The notes beneath the pieces were generated by a model. It ran no database searches, had not been told where the DNA came from, and saw only the letters and a list, made by a program, of their open reading frames with translations. From Salinivenus sp. (GTDB lineage Bacteria > Bacteroidota > Rhodothermia > Rhodothermales > Salinibacteraceae), in contig JBKHEM010000001.1 in the NCBI GenBank assembly GCA_046540815.1, positions 3,040-67,039 of the forward strand: a stretch of 64,000 nucleotides of DNA. Direction: 5' to 3'. The number at the start of each line of letters is the position of its first letter. Positions within the stretch are counted from its first letter, which is position 1. Shown piece after piece: positions 31,939-39,966 of this stretch. The translations under genes were made by a program, and so were the position numbers.

Positions 31939-32439
31939 TTACCAGCCCAGCGTCCCGGGCCCGCCCTTGAAGGGGCCCACAATGTCGTCGGTAATCCAGC
32001 CGCCGTAAAAATCGCCCTCCTGGGCCCGGACCTGTTCCGTCCCGACGAAGCAGGCGTCCATCTTGCTGGGGTAGAACGCCACGTGATCCTGAAGGACGGC
32101 GTATCGCGTTGTCGGACTCGGATAGGCCCAGGCGGCCCCGCGGACCGACCGATTGCCCACCGTCACGGTGTAGTACACCGCCCGGCCCTTGAATTCGCAC
32201 ATCGAGGTCCGTTGCTCTCGTTCTAGATGCTCGAACGCGATGTCTTTGGGGGGCACATAGTAAACCGGCGGATGACTCGTTTCGAGCACGCGCTGTGCAT
32301 CCGTTGAGTCGGCGAGGGTCGTGTTGTGGAACACCACCCGGACGCGCTGGGCGGCGGGCTCCACGGCGGGGGGACGAGGGTAGTCCCATACGGATTCCTG
32401 GTTGGGACCGGGCTCGATGCGGTCGGAGGACGAAGGCAT
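31939..32439 (-). CDS. DUF427 family protein
   Basis: ESVWDYPRPP, VLETSHPPVYYVP, CEFKGRA, AAWAYP, VAFYP, FYGGWIT. Confidence 0.9.
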   Translation of the reverse strand: MPSSSDRIEPGPNQESVWDYPRPPAVEPAAQRVRVVFHNTTLADSTDAQRVLETSHPPVYYVPPKDIAFEHLEREQRTSMCEFKGRAVYYTVTVGNRSVRGAAWAYPSPTTRYAVLQDHVAFYPSKMDACFVGTEQVRAQEGDFYGGWITDDIVGPFKGGPGTLGW

Positions 32440-32451
32440 GGACAAGAGAGG

Positions 32452-33954
32452 TTAGGAATTGTCGGGCAAACGCCAGTGGGTCGCCAGGGTATCAATTTCA
32501 GCACGCAGGGGGCGATCCTCCTCGATCGGGGCCACGGAGGGCATCCAGTCGGGCGGAGGGGGAGCCGGGCCGTCGGCGCGGCCTGCGTCGCGCAGGTGCG
32601 TCAGTTGGGCGAGGCTGAGGCCGAGCACCGCGAGGATGGGGGCGAGGCGTTCGGTCTGTTCGTGGGCTGCGCGCGCCGCCAGGGCCCCCATCGACACGAT
32701 GTCCTGGTTGTCATTGTTGGTGGGGATCGACGAGGTGGCGGCCATCTGCGCGTTCTGGCGGAGCTCGGCCACGAGGGCCGTGGCGGTGAGTTGAGCGCCG
32801 GCCAGGCCGCTGGTGGGCCCGGGCTGCCAGGCGAGGAGCGGGGGCGCCCCGCCGTTTTGGTCGGGCGACAGGAGGACGTCAATCTGCCGCTCTGCCAGGA
32901 CGCCCACCTGCGTGAGGGCTTCAGTGAGGGCGTCGGCGGCGAATCCCACCTGCTGTCCCTGAAAGTTACCGCCGTGGAGGGCTGAGGGCCCCTCGGGATC
33001 GATGATGGGGTTGTCGTTTGCTCCGTTCAGCTCCGTCTCGATCACAGAACGGGCGTAGGCCAGCTGGTCGCGGGCGGCCCCTAGCACTTGAGGGGCACAC
33101 CGCAGCGAATACACCTCCTGCAGGGGGCGCCGGTCCTGTTCGGCGTTCCCATGCCGGGTGGCCTCCGCACGGATGGCGGCGGCACTCTTTTCCTGGCCCG
33201 TGTGTCCGCGGGCCGCGTGGAGTTGGGGCGCGAGGGCTTCCAGCGAGCATCCGAGCAGGCGGTACGTCCATCCGGTGAGGGCCTCGGCACGTTCCAGCAG
33301 GCGCCGGCCGCGGGAGAGGGCCAGTGCGGCGATCCCCGTCATGAACGACGTGCCGTTGACGAAGGCCAGAGCGTCGCGGGCGTCGAACGACACGGGGCTG
33401 CAACCGATCGCCTGAAGCGCCGCGTCGGCCTCAAGGAGGGTGCCGTCGTCATCGAGCATGTGTCCGTGGCCGGCGTAGGCACGGGCCGCGTGGGCCAGTG
33501 GGGTGAGGTCGCCACTCGCGCCGAGGGAGCCAATTTCGGGGACGGCGGGTGGCGGGGCAGCTTCCAGAAGACGGGCGAGGGCGTAGACGGTGGACGGACG
33601 GGCGCCCGAGTGGCCCTGGGCAAGCGATTGCAGCCGGGCCAAAACCATGGCGCGGACCCCGTCGGGCGCGGCCCAGTCGCCGCTTCCGGTGCTCAGGTGG
33701 GCAAGGAGGTGATCGCTCTGCGCCGCCGTCTCCGGAGCGGCCGTATGGGCGAGGAGGGGGCCGAATCCCGTTGTGAGACCGTACACCTCGTCCCCCCGCT
33801 CACGAATTGCATCGAGGGCGTCGCGAGACCGGCGGAGGGCCTGATCCACAGCGTCCGTCCACTCGATGCGCGTGGACCGGTCGCGGGCGGCCTGGTCTAC
33901 GTGCTCACAGGAGAGTGTCGTCTCGGGACCGAGGGCGACGGTGGGAGAGGCCAT
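32452..33954 (-). CDS. tal: aromatic amino-acid ammonia-lyase, predicted tyrosine ammonia-lyase
   Basis: VYGLTTGFG, MIO motif GSLGASGDL, QEVYSLRC, NDNP, HGGNF, NQDIVSMG. His-Leu specificity pair (LAHLSTG) typical of TAL. In an operon with pyp. Confidence 0.88.
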   Translation of the reverse strand: MASPTVALGPETTLSCEHVDQAARDRSTRIEWTDAVDQALRRSRDALDAIRERGDEVYGLTTGFGPLLAHTAAPETAAQSDHLLAHLSTGSGDWAAPDGVRAMVLARLQSLAQGHSGARPSTVYALARLLEAAPPPAVPEIGSLGASGDLTPLAHAARAYAGHGHMLDDDGTLLEADAALQAIGCSPVSFDARDALAFVNGTSFMTGIAALALSRGRRLLERAEALTGWTYRLLGCSLEALAPQLHAARGHTGQEKSAAAIRAEATRHGNAEQDRRPLQEVYSLRCAPQVLGAARDQLAYARSVIETELNGANDNPIIDPEGPSALHGGNFQGQQVGFAADALTEALTQVGVLAERQIDVLLSPDQNGGAPPLLAWQPGPTSGLAGAQLTATALVAELRQNAQMAATSSIPTNNDNQDIVSMGALAARAAHEQTERLAPILAVLGLSLAQLTHLRDAGRADGPAPPPPDWMPSVAPIEEDRPLRAEIDTLATHWRLPDNS

Positions 33955-33963
33955 GAAGGACGG

Positions 33964-35514
33964 CTATGGAGACGAGGGCGTTCCGGACTGGTAGGCCTCG
34001 GAGAGCGAGGCGCTCATGGCGGTGCGATCGACAGTGCCTTTCGAGTGGGTCTGCCACGCCTCGGGCGGGACGGTCGTGCTCCACACGAGACGGGAGCCAA
34101 GCGAGCCGAGGGTGGCGCGAAGCGTCTCCAGGTCCGGCAGCTCGGTAGAGGCCGCGTCCGGGCAGAGGGCGACGGCCACGTTGTCGCCATCCGGCGTAAA
34201 GAGGAGGGCGTCGCGGAGGGTGCCGAACGTCGTTTTGAGCGTTGATTCCAGGGCTCCGGCCTGCACGAGGCGGCCGTTGGAGAGCTTGAAGGAGGCGTCC
34301 TTGCGCCCCCGGAAGAGAAAGCCGTCGTCGGTGCGTTCTACAAGGTCGCCGGTGTGAACGGTGCGCGTGGGATCGACGCGGTCCAGCGTGCCGTTGCGCC
34401 AGAAGCCCACGCAGGCGTTTGGGCCTTCAAAACACAACTCCCCGTCGTCGGCAACCGTCACGCTGCACCCCACGGGAGCGCCAATGTAGTGGGCGCGCCA
34501 GGTGCCGCGAGGGCCGAGGGTGATGCCGGGGCCCGCCTCGGTTTGGCCGTAGCCAGCCCGCAGGGCTGTCTGGGAGAGGCGCTCGGCGAGGGGAGCAGAT
34601 ACGGGGGCGCCGCCCACGATTCCGCCCTGCAGGTCGTGGAGGAGGGCCCGTCCGTCGGTGGTCTCGAAGAGGCGCTGGATGGTGAGGGGAACCGAGGAAA
34701 GGTGGGTTGTGCCCCAGGCCTCCCGGAGGGAGACCAACTCGTCCGGGCTGCGGCCGCCGTGGGGATCTCGAATGAGTTCGGCGCCGGAGAGGAGGGCGGG
34801 AAGGAGGTCGAGGACAAGGCCGAAGCAATGCGACCAGGGAAGGACCGAAAGCACCCGGGCATTGCGGAGAGCAAAGTGGGGCAGGTGGCTCGCGAGGACG
34901 GAGAGGACATTGCGGTCCGAAAGCGCGACCCAACGACCCTGGTGGGTGCCGGAGGTGCGAAGGAGGAACCGAACGTCCGGGGTGCGCTCGGTCCGGTGGG
35001 ACCGCAGGGCATCGGGCGTAGAGCGGGGGCCGGCGTACTCATCGGAGCCCCAGGCGTGGGGATTGCCGTCCGGGGTCACGGCCGCACGGGCATCGAGGGG
35101 GGCGAGCAGGGAGGCCGCGTCCGTACCCGGAGGGACGAGGACGACAGTAAGTTGCTCCCACAGGGCCGCCACCAGCACCTGGATGAAGGCGGTGGAGGGG
35201 GGCAGCCCAATCACGAGGCGGTCGCCCGGCTGCAGGCCGTGGGCGCGAAAAGCGTCGACCCAGAGGCGGGAGCCGGTCCACAGGGAGGCGGCGGGTGTGA
35301 TCGTGCCGTCCGTAATCAGGGCCGGCAGCGGCTCATCGCAGAGGCGATCGTAGAGAAGGTCGTGCCACGGATTGGAAAACGAGGCCCCAGGGGCCGTGCC
35401 GTGGGTCGGGCACTGGTCAAGGGCCGCCTGTACGGCGGCGACCGATTCGGGACTTTCCGCCGTGCGGGGCAGGCCGCTCCACTCCGACGGGTCCGGGGTG
35501 CCGTTCGTCCGCAT
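33964..35514 (-). CDS. pcl: adenylate-forming enzyme, predicted p-coumarate:CoA ligase for PYP chromophore attachment
   Basis: RTSGT, LPWSHCFG, GYGQTEAGP, HTGDL, FRGRKD. Located between pyp and tal. Confidence 0.82.
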   Translation of the reverse strand: MRTNGTPDPSEWSGLPRTAESPESVAAVQAALDQCPTHGTAPGASFSNPWHDLLYDRLCDEPLPALITDGTITPAASLWTGSRLWVDAFRAHGLQPGDRLVIGLPPSTAFIQVLVAALWEQLTVVLVPPGTDAASLLAPLDARAAVTPDGNPHAWGSDEYAGPRSTPDALRSHRTERTPDVRFLLRTSGTHQGRWVALSDRNVLSVLASHLPHFALRNARVLSVLPWSHCFGLVLDLLPALLSGAELIRDPHGGRSPDELVSLREAWGTTHLSSVPLTIQRLFETTDGRALLHDLQGGIVGGAPVSAPLAERLSQTALRAGYGQTEAGPGITLGPRGTWRAHYIGAPVGCSVTVADDGELCFEGPNACVGFWRNGTLDRVDPTRTVHTGDLVERTDDGFLFRGRKDASFKLSNGRLVQAGALESTLKTTFGTLRDALLFTPDGDNVAVALCPDAASTELPDLETLRATLGSLGSRLVWSTTVPPEAWQTHSKGTVDRTAMSASLSEAYQSGTPSSP

Positions 35515-35564
35515 TCCGGGTAAGAGGTCAGGGCGTAGAGAGAAAGCGGTTCGGGGGAGACTGG

Positions 35565-36026
35565 TTAATACTTCTCAACCAGAATCCAATTGTTACCGGC
35601 CGCATCGCGGTGCAGAAGCACGTCCACGAGCGTCGGACGCATCTTGTACGTGTAGGTGTAGGTAAACGTCTCGTGAAGGTCGCCCCGCCGCACGCCTTCC
35701 TTGAAGCGTCCCCAGAAGAGCCGGTTGTTTGTGCAGGGGGCAACCTGCGTGAAGAAGTTTCGGCCCACGGCCTCGTCGGGCGAGACGCCGCTCAGTTCGG
35801 ATTCGTACTCGTTGAAAAATTGCACGACCCCCTCATCGTCGACTTGAATAATTCCGAACGACGCATTGTCGAGCTGCTCCTCGCTGGCATGCTGCAACTT
35901 TTCCCCGAGGTTCTCATCGTCGAAGTGCAGTGTGTCCACGGTCGGGGCCTCCTCGGAATCATCCGCGGAGTTCGTAGCGCCTGAGTCGAGGACCGGGGCG
36001 TCGTCGTGTTGGGCGTCGTCAGACAC
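35565..36026 (-). CDS. pyp: photoactive yellow protein with acidic N-terminal extension
   Basis: FGIIQVDDEG..N..E..G..GRNFFTQVAPCTN (chromophore Cys69)..GRFKEGV..FTYTYTYKMRPT..WILV. Confidence 0.95.
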   Translation of the reverse strand: MSDDAQHDDAPVLDSGATNSADDSEEAPTVDTLHFDDENLGEKLQHASEEQLDNASFGIIQVDDEGVVQFFNEYESELSGVSPDEAVGRNFFTQVAPCTNNRLFWGRFKEGVRRGDLHETFTYTYTYKMRPTLVDVLLHRDAAGNNWILVEKY

Positions 36027-36069
36027 GAGTCAAGGGGGAGTCGTGAGGGGACCGCGAAGGAAACCTCGG

Positions 36070-37203
36070 TTATGCAGGCCGAAAGAGAATCCAGCACACG
36101 GGGCGATTCGACGGGCAGTGCAGCTGCACGAGCAGTGTCGTATTGGTATCCGCGCCGGTGAACGTGTGCAGAAACCGGGTGTCCCGGGGACGGTTCGACA
36201 GCAGGTCCCCGAGGGCGTCCGCAGAGCGGGGGGCGGCCCGGGCAAGCGGCGTACCCACGAGGGACTGAACCTGGCGGGCCGATACGTCTGGCCATCGGAG
36301 GGCGGCTGTGTTCGCCCGGCAAATGATGCCATCATCGTCGACGCAGAACGCCCCAACCGGGAGATCTTCAAGGGCATCGGGCTCCAGGTCGTCAAGCCGG
36401 TGAATCGTTTCGGGGGACAGCAGCGGCTCGCCGGCCGGATGCTGTTGACGCTCCACGTACAGGTCGACCAACTGCTCCTCCATGCTGCTGATCAGGGCGA
36501 GGGCGTGATCGGGGGTCTGCACGCCGTGCTGTGCCAGCTGTTCCTGCTGCTCGTACAACGCCTCCAGCTGATGTTGCATGCTGCGCAGCATCTTCAGCGC
36601 GGACTCGGAATCTGAAAGGTCCGCATCCAGGAGTCGGTTCCGGTCTGCATACAACTCGTCGAGTTGCTTCGAGAGACTGCGGACCATGGCGGCCACCGCA
36701 TCCGGATCCGACACGCCGAGCTCCGACTGCAGGCGCTCGCTGTGGTTGTTAGAAGCACCGGTTGGCTTCGATACAGGATCCGCGGCTGCGTCGGCGTCCC
36801 GCTCGACGTACAGGACGTTCAGCTGTTCGGCAAGTTGTTCAACCATCTTCACGACCGCGTCGCTGGACGGGACGCCCAAGGTGCGGCATAAATTCTCCTC
36901 GCGAGCCAGATGGGTGTGGAGTTTTTCGTAGGTGTCCTGCGTGTCGGACGATCCGGTGGACTCGGTCGCGCTCCGGTGGGGGGCTCTCTTTTCGTCGTAG
37001 AGGACCGAGAGTTGAGCTTCCATACTGTCGATGGCCCGCAAGGCATCCTCAAGGCACTGGAAGTTGGAGTGCGACAGTGCGGTTTCGGCCTCCCCCAGTT
37101 CCTGAACGCGGGGCAGAACGGCCTCAGGATCCGATACGGAGAGAAGCTCCATGAGATCGTTCCAACGGTCCCGGTACCAAGATGAGTCGTATGAGTCGGG
37201 CAT
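36070..37203 (-). CDS. helical-repeat protein with a C-terminal degenerate PYP/PAS domain
   Basis: Five QLxxLY repeats, then about 115 aa alignable to the adjacent PYP (LPVGAFCVDDDGII..AAPRS..FLHTF..WILF) but lacking Cys69. Confidence 0.8.
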   Translation of the reverse strand: MPDSYDSSWYRDRWNDLMELLSVSDPEAVLPRVQELGEAETALSHSNFQCLEDALRAIDSMEAQLSVLYDEKRAPHRSATESTGSSDTQDTYEKLHTHLAREENLCRTLGVPSSDAVVKMVEQLAEQLNVLYVERDADAAADPVSKPTGASNNHSERLQSELGVSDPDAVAAMVRSLSKQLDELYADRNRLLDADLSDSESALKMLRSMQHQLEALYEQQEQLAQHGVQTPDHALALISSMEEQLVDLYVERQQHPAGEPLLSPETIHRLDDLEPDALEDLPVGAFCVDDDGIICRANTAALRWPDVSARQVQSLVGTPLARAAPRSADALGDLLSNRPRDTRFLHTFTGADTNTTLLVQLHCPSNRPVCWILFRPA

Positions 37204-37344
37204 CGCAGAAACGGGGGACGTACGAGCAGCTCCGGGGACAGAATGAGCGCTATTAGCACAGAATAAATCTGCGGGGGAGGATGTCCGTTCCCCCCTGTGC
37301 GACCGAATTGCCCATGCGTTACACCGGGTGCGGGCGGGCCGCGA

Positions 37345-38757
37345 TCACGCGACGCCGGTGCGATCGGCAATCAGGTCCTGGAGTTCAGATTTAAAGCGAT
37401 CGGCGAGGGCCTGCGCCTCCTCCTCGGTCGGCGCCTCGGTGTACACGCGGAGGATGGGCTCCGTATTCGACGGTCGCATGTGCACCCACGAGTCGGAGAA
37501 ATTAATCTTGAGCCCGTCGAGCGTAGAGTGGTCTTCGTTGGGATACGCCGCGGCGAGGGCATCCAGGAGGCGGGCTGGGGCGAGGTCGGGGAGCGGCAGC
37601 TGGTCCTTCGCCATGGCGTAGTGCGGCAGGTCGTCGTGCAGGGTGCTCAGCGACTGGCCGGTCTCGGCAAGGTGTTGGAGAATAAGGGCCGTTCCCACGA
37701 GGGCATCGCGTCCGTAATGTAGGTCGGGGAGGATAACGCCACCGTTGCCCTCGCCGCCGAGCACCGCATCGACGGCTTTCATGCGTTGCACCACATTGAT
37801 TTCCCCAACGGCGGAACGATGGACGGGTTGGTCGTGGCGGGCAGCCACGTCGTCGATAGCCCGGGAGGAGGAGAGGTTGGTCACGAACGGGCCGTCGCGA
37901 TGTCCCCACAGGAAGTCAGCCGCGAGCACCTGGGTGAGTTCTTCGAGCACGAACCGGCCGGTGTCGTCGACCAGGGCGAGGCGGTCGGCGTCAGGGTCCA
38001 CGGCCAGGCCCAGGTCGGCACCGACTTCGGGGACGGCGGCGGCGAGCTCTGTGAGATGGGCGGGCCGGGGCTCGGCGGGGTGGGCAAAGCGGCCCGTCGG
38101 CTCGCAGTTCAGGCAGTGAATGTTTTCTTCCGCCACGCCCAGGCGGTGCAGCAGGCGGGGCAGGGCCTCTCCCCCAACTGAGTTGACCGCGTCCACGGCG
38201 ACGGTAAAGTTCTGCCGGGCGATCCGGGGCGGATCGATGAGGTCCAGTCCCAAAATGGCGTCAATATGAGGGCCGAGCGCGCTTTTTGTGGTGTAGGCGC
38301 CCATCTCGGCGTGGCGCACCGGGGCGGCAGTGTTGGCCTCCGCCATGTCAATCACGGCCTGTCCTTGCTCCGGCGTGAGGAACTCGCCGTGTTCATTCAA
38401 CAGCTTCAGGGCGTTCCATTCTTCCGGGTTGTGGGAGGCGGAGAGAATCACTCCCCCGGCGGCCTCTTCAAAGAGAACGGCCATCTCGACGGTTGGGGTG
38501 GGCACCGGGCCCACGTCGATCACATCGCATCCCATGCCGCGCAGGGTGCCAGTGACGATTTGACTACAGGCGTCGCCGGTGGTCCGGGCGTCCCGCCCCA
38601 CGACGACCGCCGGCATCCGGCCGGCCGTTCGGGCGCGCTGCCGGCACCAGGTGCCGTAGGCTCCGGCGTACCGCACCAGCACCGAAGGGTCGAGGCCGTC
38701 CCCCACAATGCCGCGAATGCCGGAGATGGAGGCGATGAGCGTACCGGAGGAGGACAT
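37345..38757 (-). CDS. glmM: phosphoglucosamine mutase (Bacteroidota type)
   Basis: SISGIRG, LSASHNP, DPDADR, GGEGNGG, HYGRDA, RPSNTEP. Confidence 0.88.
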   Translation of the reverse strand: MSSSGTLIASISGIRGIVGDGLDPSVLVRYAGAYGTWCRQRARTAGRMPAVVVGRDARTTGDACSQIVTGTLRGMGCDVIDVGPVPTPTVEMAVLFEEAAGGVILSASHNPEEWNALKLLNEHGEFLTPEQGQAVIDMAEANTAAPVRHAEMGAYTTKSALGPHIDAILGLDLIDPPRIARQNFTVAVDAVNSVGGEALPRLLHRLGVAEENIHCLNCEPTGRFAHPAEPRPAHLTELAAAVPEVGADLGLAVDPDADRLALVDDTGRFVLEELTQVLAADFLWGHRDGPFVTNLSSSRAIDDVAARHDQPVHRSAVGEINVVQRMKAVDAVLGGEGNGGVILPDLHYGRDALVGTALILQHLAETGQSLSTLHDDLPHYAMAKDQLPLPDLAPARLLDALAAAYPNEDHSTLDGLKINFSDSWVHMRPSNTEPILRVYTEAPTEEEAQALADRFKSELQDLIADRTGVA

Positions 38758-38931
38758 AGGGGGACGGGTCTTGTGGAGAGAAGGCGGGAGGCCCTCAGGC
38801 ATCGGGCCGTCGCTGCGTAGCGCAGGTCGCTCAAATGGTTCCGTTCGCGTCCTCTTAATGGAACCGAGCAGGCCTCCTGTCGTGCCAAAATTCAGAAGAA
38901 AACCCTCTACTCACACGCCCCCTTGTGGCGC

Positions 38932-39918
38932 ATGCCGTCTTACAACAAGGCAGATCCAACGACGGACTGGCGGTGGCGCCGCCGGTTTTCTGTGCTCACG
39001 GTCCTAACCACGGTGCTCCTCATTTGCTGGGGCGGGGTTGTGACCAGCATCGGCGCCGGGATGGCGTTTCCCGACTGGCCCACCTCTCTTGGATCGTACA
39101 ACCTTATCAACCCCGTCGACGAATGGTGGGCGGTCCCGGCGTATTTGGCCGAGCACGGACACCGCCTTGTGGCCAGTGTAGTCGGCATGATGACGGTGGT
39201 GCTGGCCGGATGGACCTGGTGGGCCGACCCGCGCCGGTGGATGCGGTGGCTCAGCGTGGCGGCCGTGGCCCTGGTCATTGTGCAGGGCATCCTGGGCGGG
39301 CTCCGCGTGGTGTGGGTCTCCCTCGATCTGGCGACGGTGCACGCCTCTGTGGCGCAGCTTTTTTTCGCACTTCTCGTGGCCATGACCCTGTTTACGACGG
39401 AGACCTGGCGCACCGGACGCGGAATCGTGACTGAGACGACGGCGTCGCAGCGCCTGCGGTGGCTGGCCTACGCGTCCACGGGGGGAATTTATCTTCAGAT
39501 TGTGCTCGGCGCCGTCCTGCGACACTCGGGGGGTGGTGTCTCGCCCGGGTTTACCGCGATTCACGTTACGGGGGCGTTTGTTGTTGTCGGACTCGTGGGG
39601 GCCACGTTTATGGTCGCAGAGAAGCACTTTGACGACAATCCCGTCGTACGGCGGGCGGCCTGGGGACTGCTCGGGGCCATGGGGTTGCAGTTTGCTTTGG
39701 GGCTCGCGGCCCTGATTGTGATGCTCTACGAGCAAACGCAAACGGGACTGAGCCTTGCCCCCGTGCTCTTGACGGTCGCACACCTGGTCGTGGGAGCCCT
39801 GCTCTTTGGGGCATCGATTATTACGACGCTGTTAGTGGCTCGTCCGACGCTGATAGAATCGTCTGACGGCCGCACCCGTTCGACCTCTTCTGAGCCGGTC
39901 CTCGCAAATTCACCGTAG
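38932..39918 (+). CDS. ctaA: heme A synthase (COX15/CtaA family)
   Basis: GAGMAFPDWP, EHGHRL, QGILGGLRV, conserved His residues in TM helices. Adjacent to ctaB. Confidence 0.9.
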   Translation: MPSYNKADPTTDWRWRRRFSVLTVLTTVLLICWGGVVTSIGAGMAFPDWPTSLGSYNLINPVDEWWAVPAYLAEHGHRLVASVVGMMTVVLAGWTWWADPRRWMRWLSVAAVALVIVQGILGGLRVVWVSLDLATVHASVAQLFFALLVAMTLFTTETWRTGRGIVTETTASQRLRWLAYASTGGIYLQIVLGAVLRHSGGGVSPGFTAIHVTGAFVVVGLVGATFMVAEKHFDDNPVVRRAAWGLLGAMGLQFALGLAALIVMLYEQTQTGLSLAPVLLTVAHLVVGALLFGASIITTLLVARPTLIESSDGRTRSTSSEPVLANSP

Positions 39919-39966
39919 GTTTGCGTCCGCTTCCTCGCTCGCTCCTGTTGTCTCCAGCCAGCTCTT

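Noticed and set aside
32452-33954. Annotation as histidine ammonia-lyase (hutH)
   Set aside because: His-Leu rather than Ser-His at the specificity site, no hut genes nearby, and linkage to pyp/pcl all favour TAL.
38872-38890. TGGCACG on the minus strand upstream of glmM as a sigma54 site
   Set aside because: No TTGC at the -12 position.
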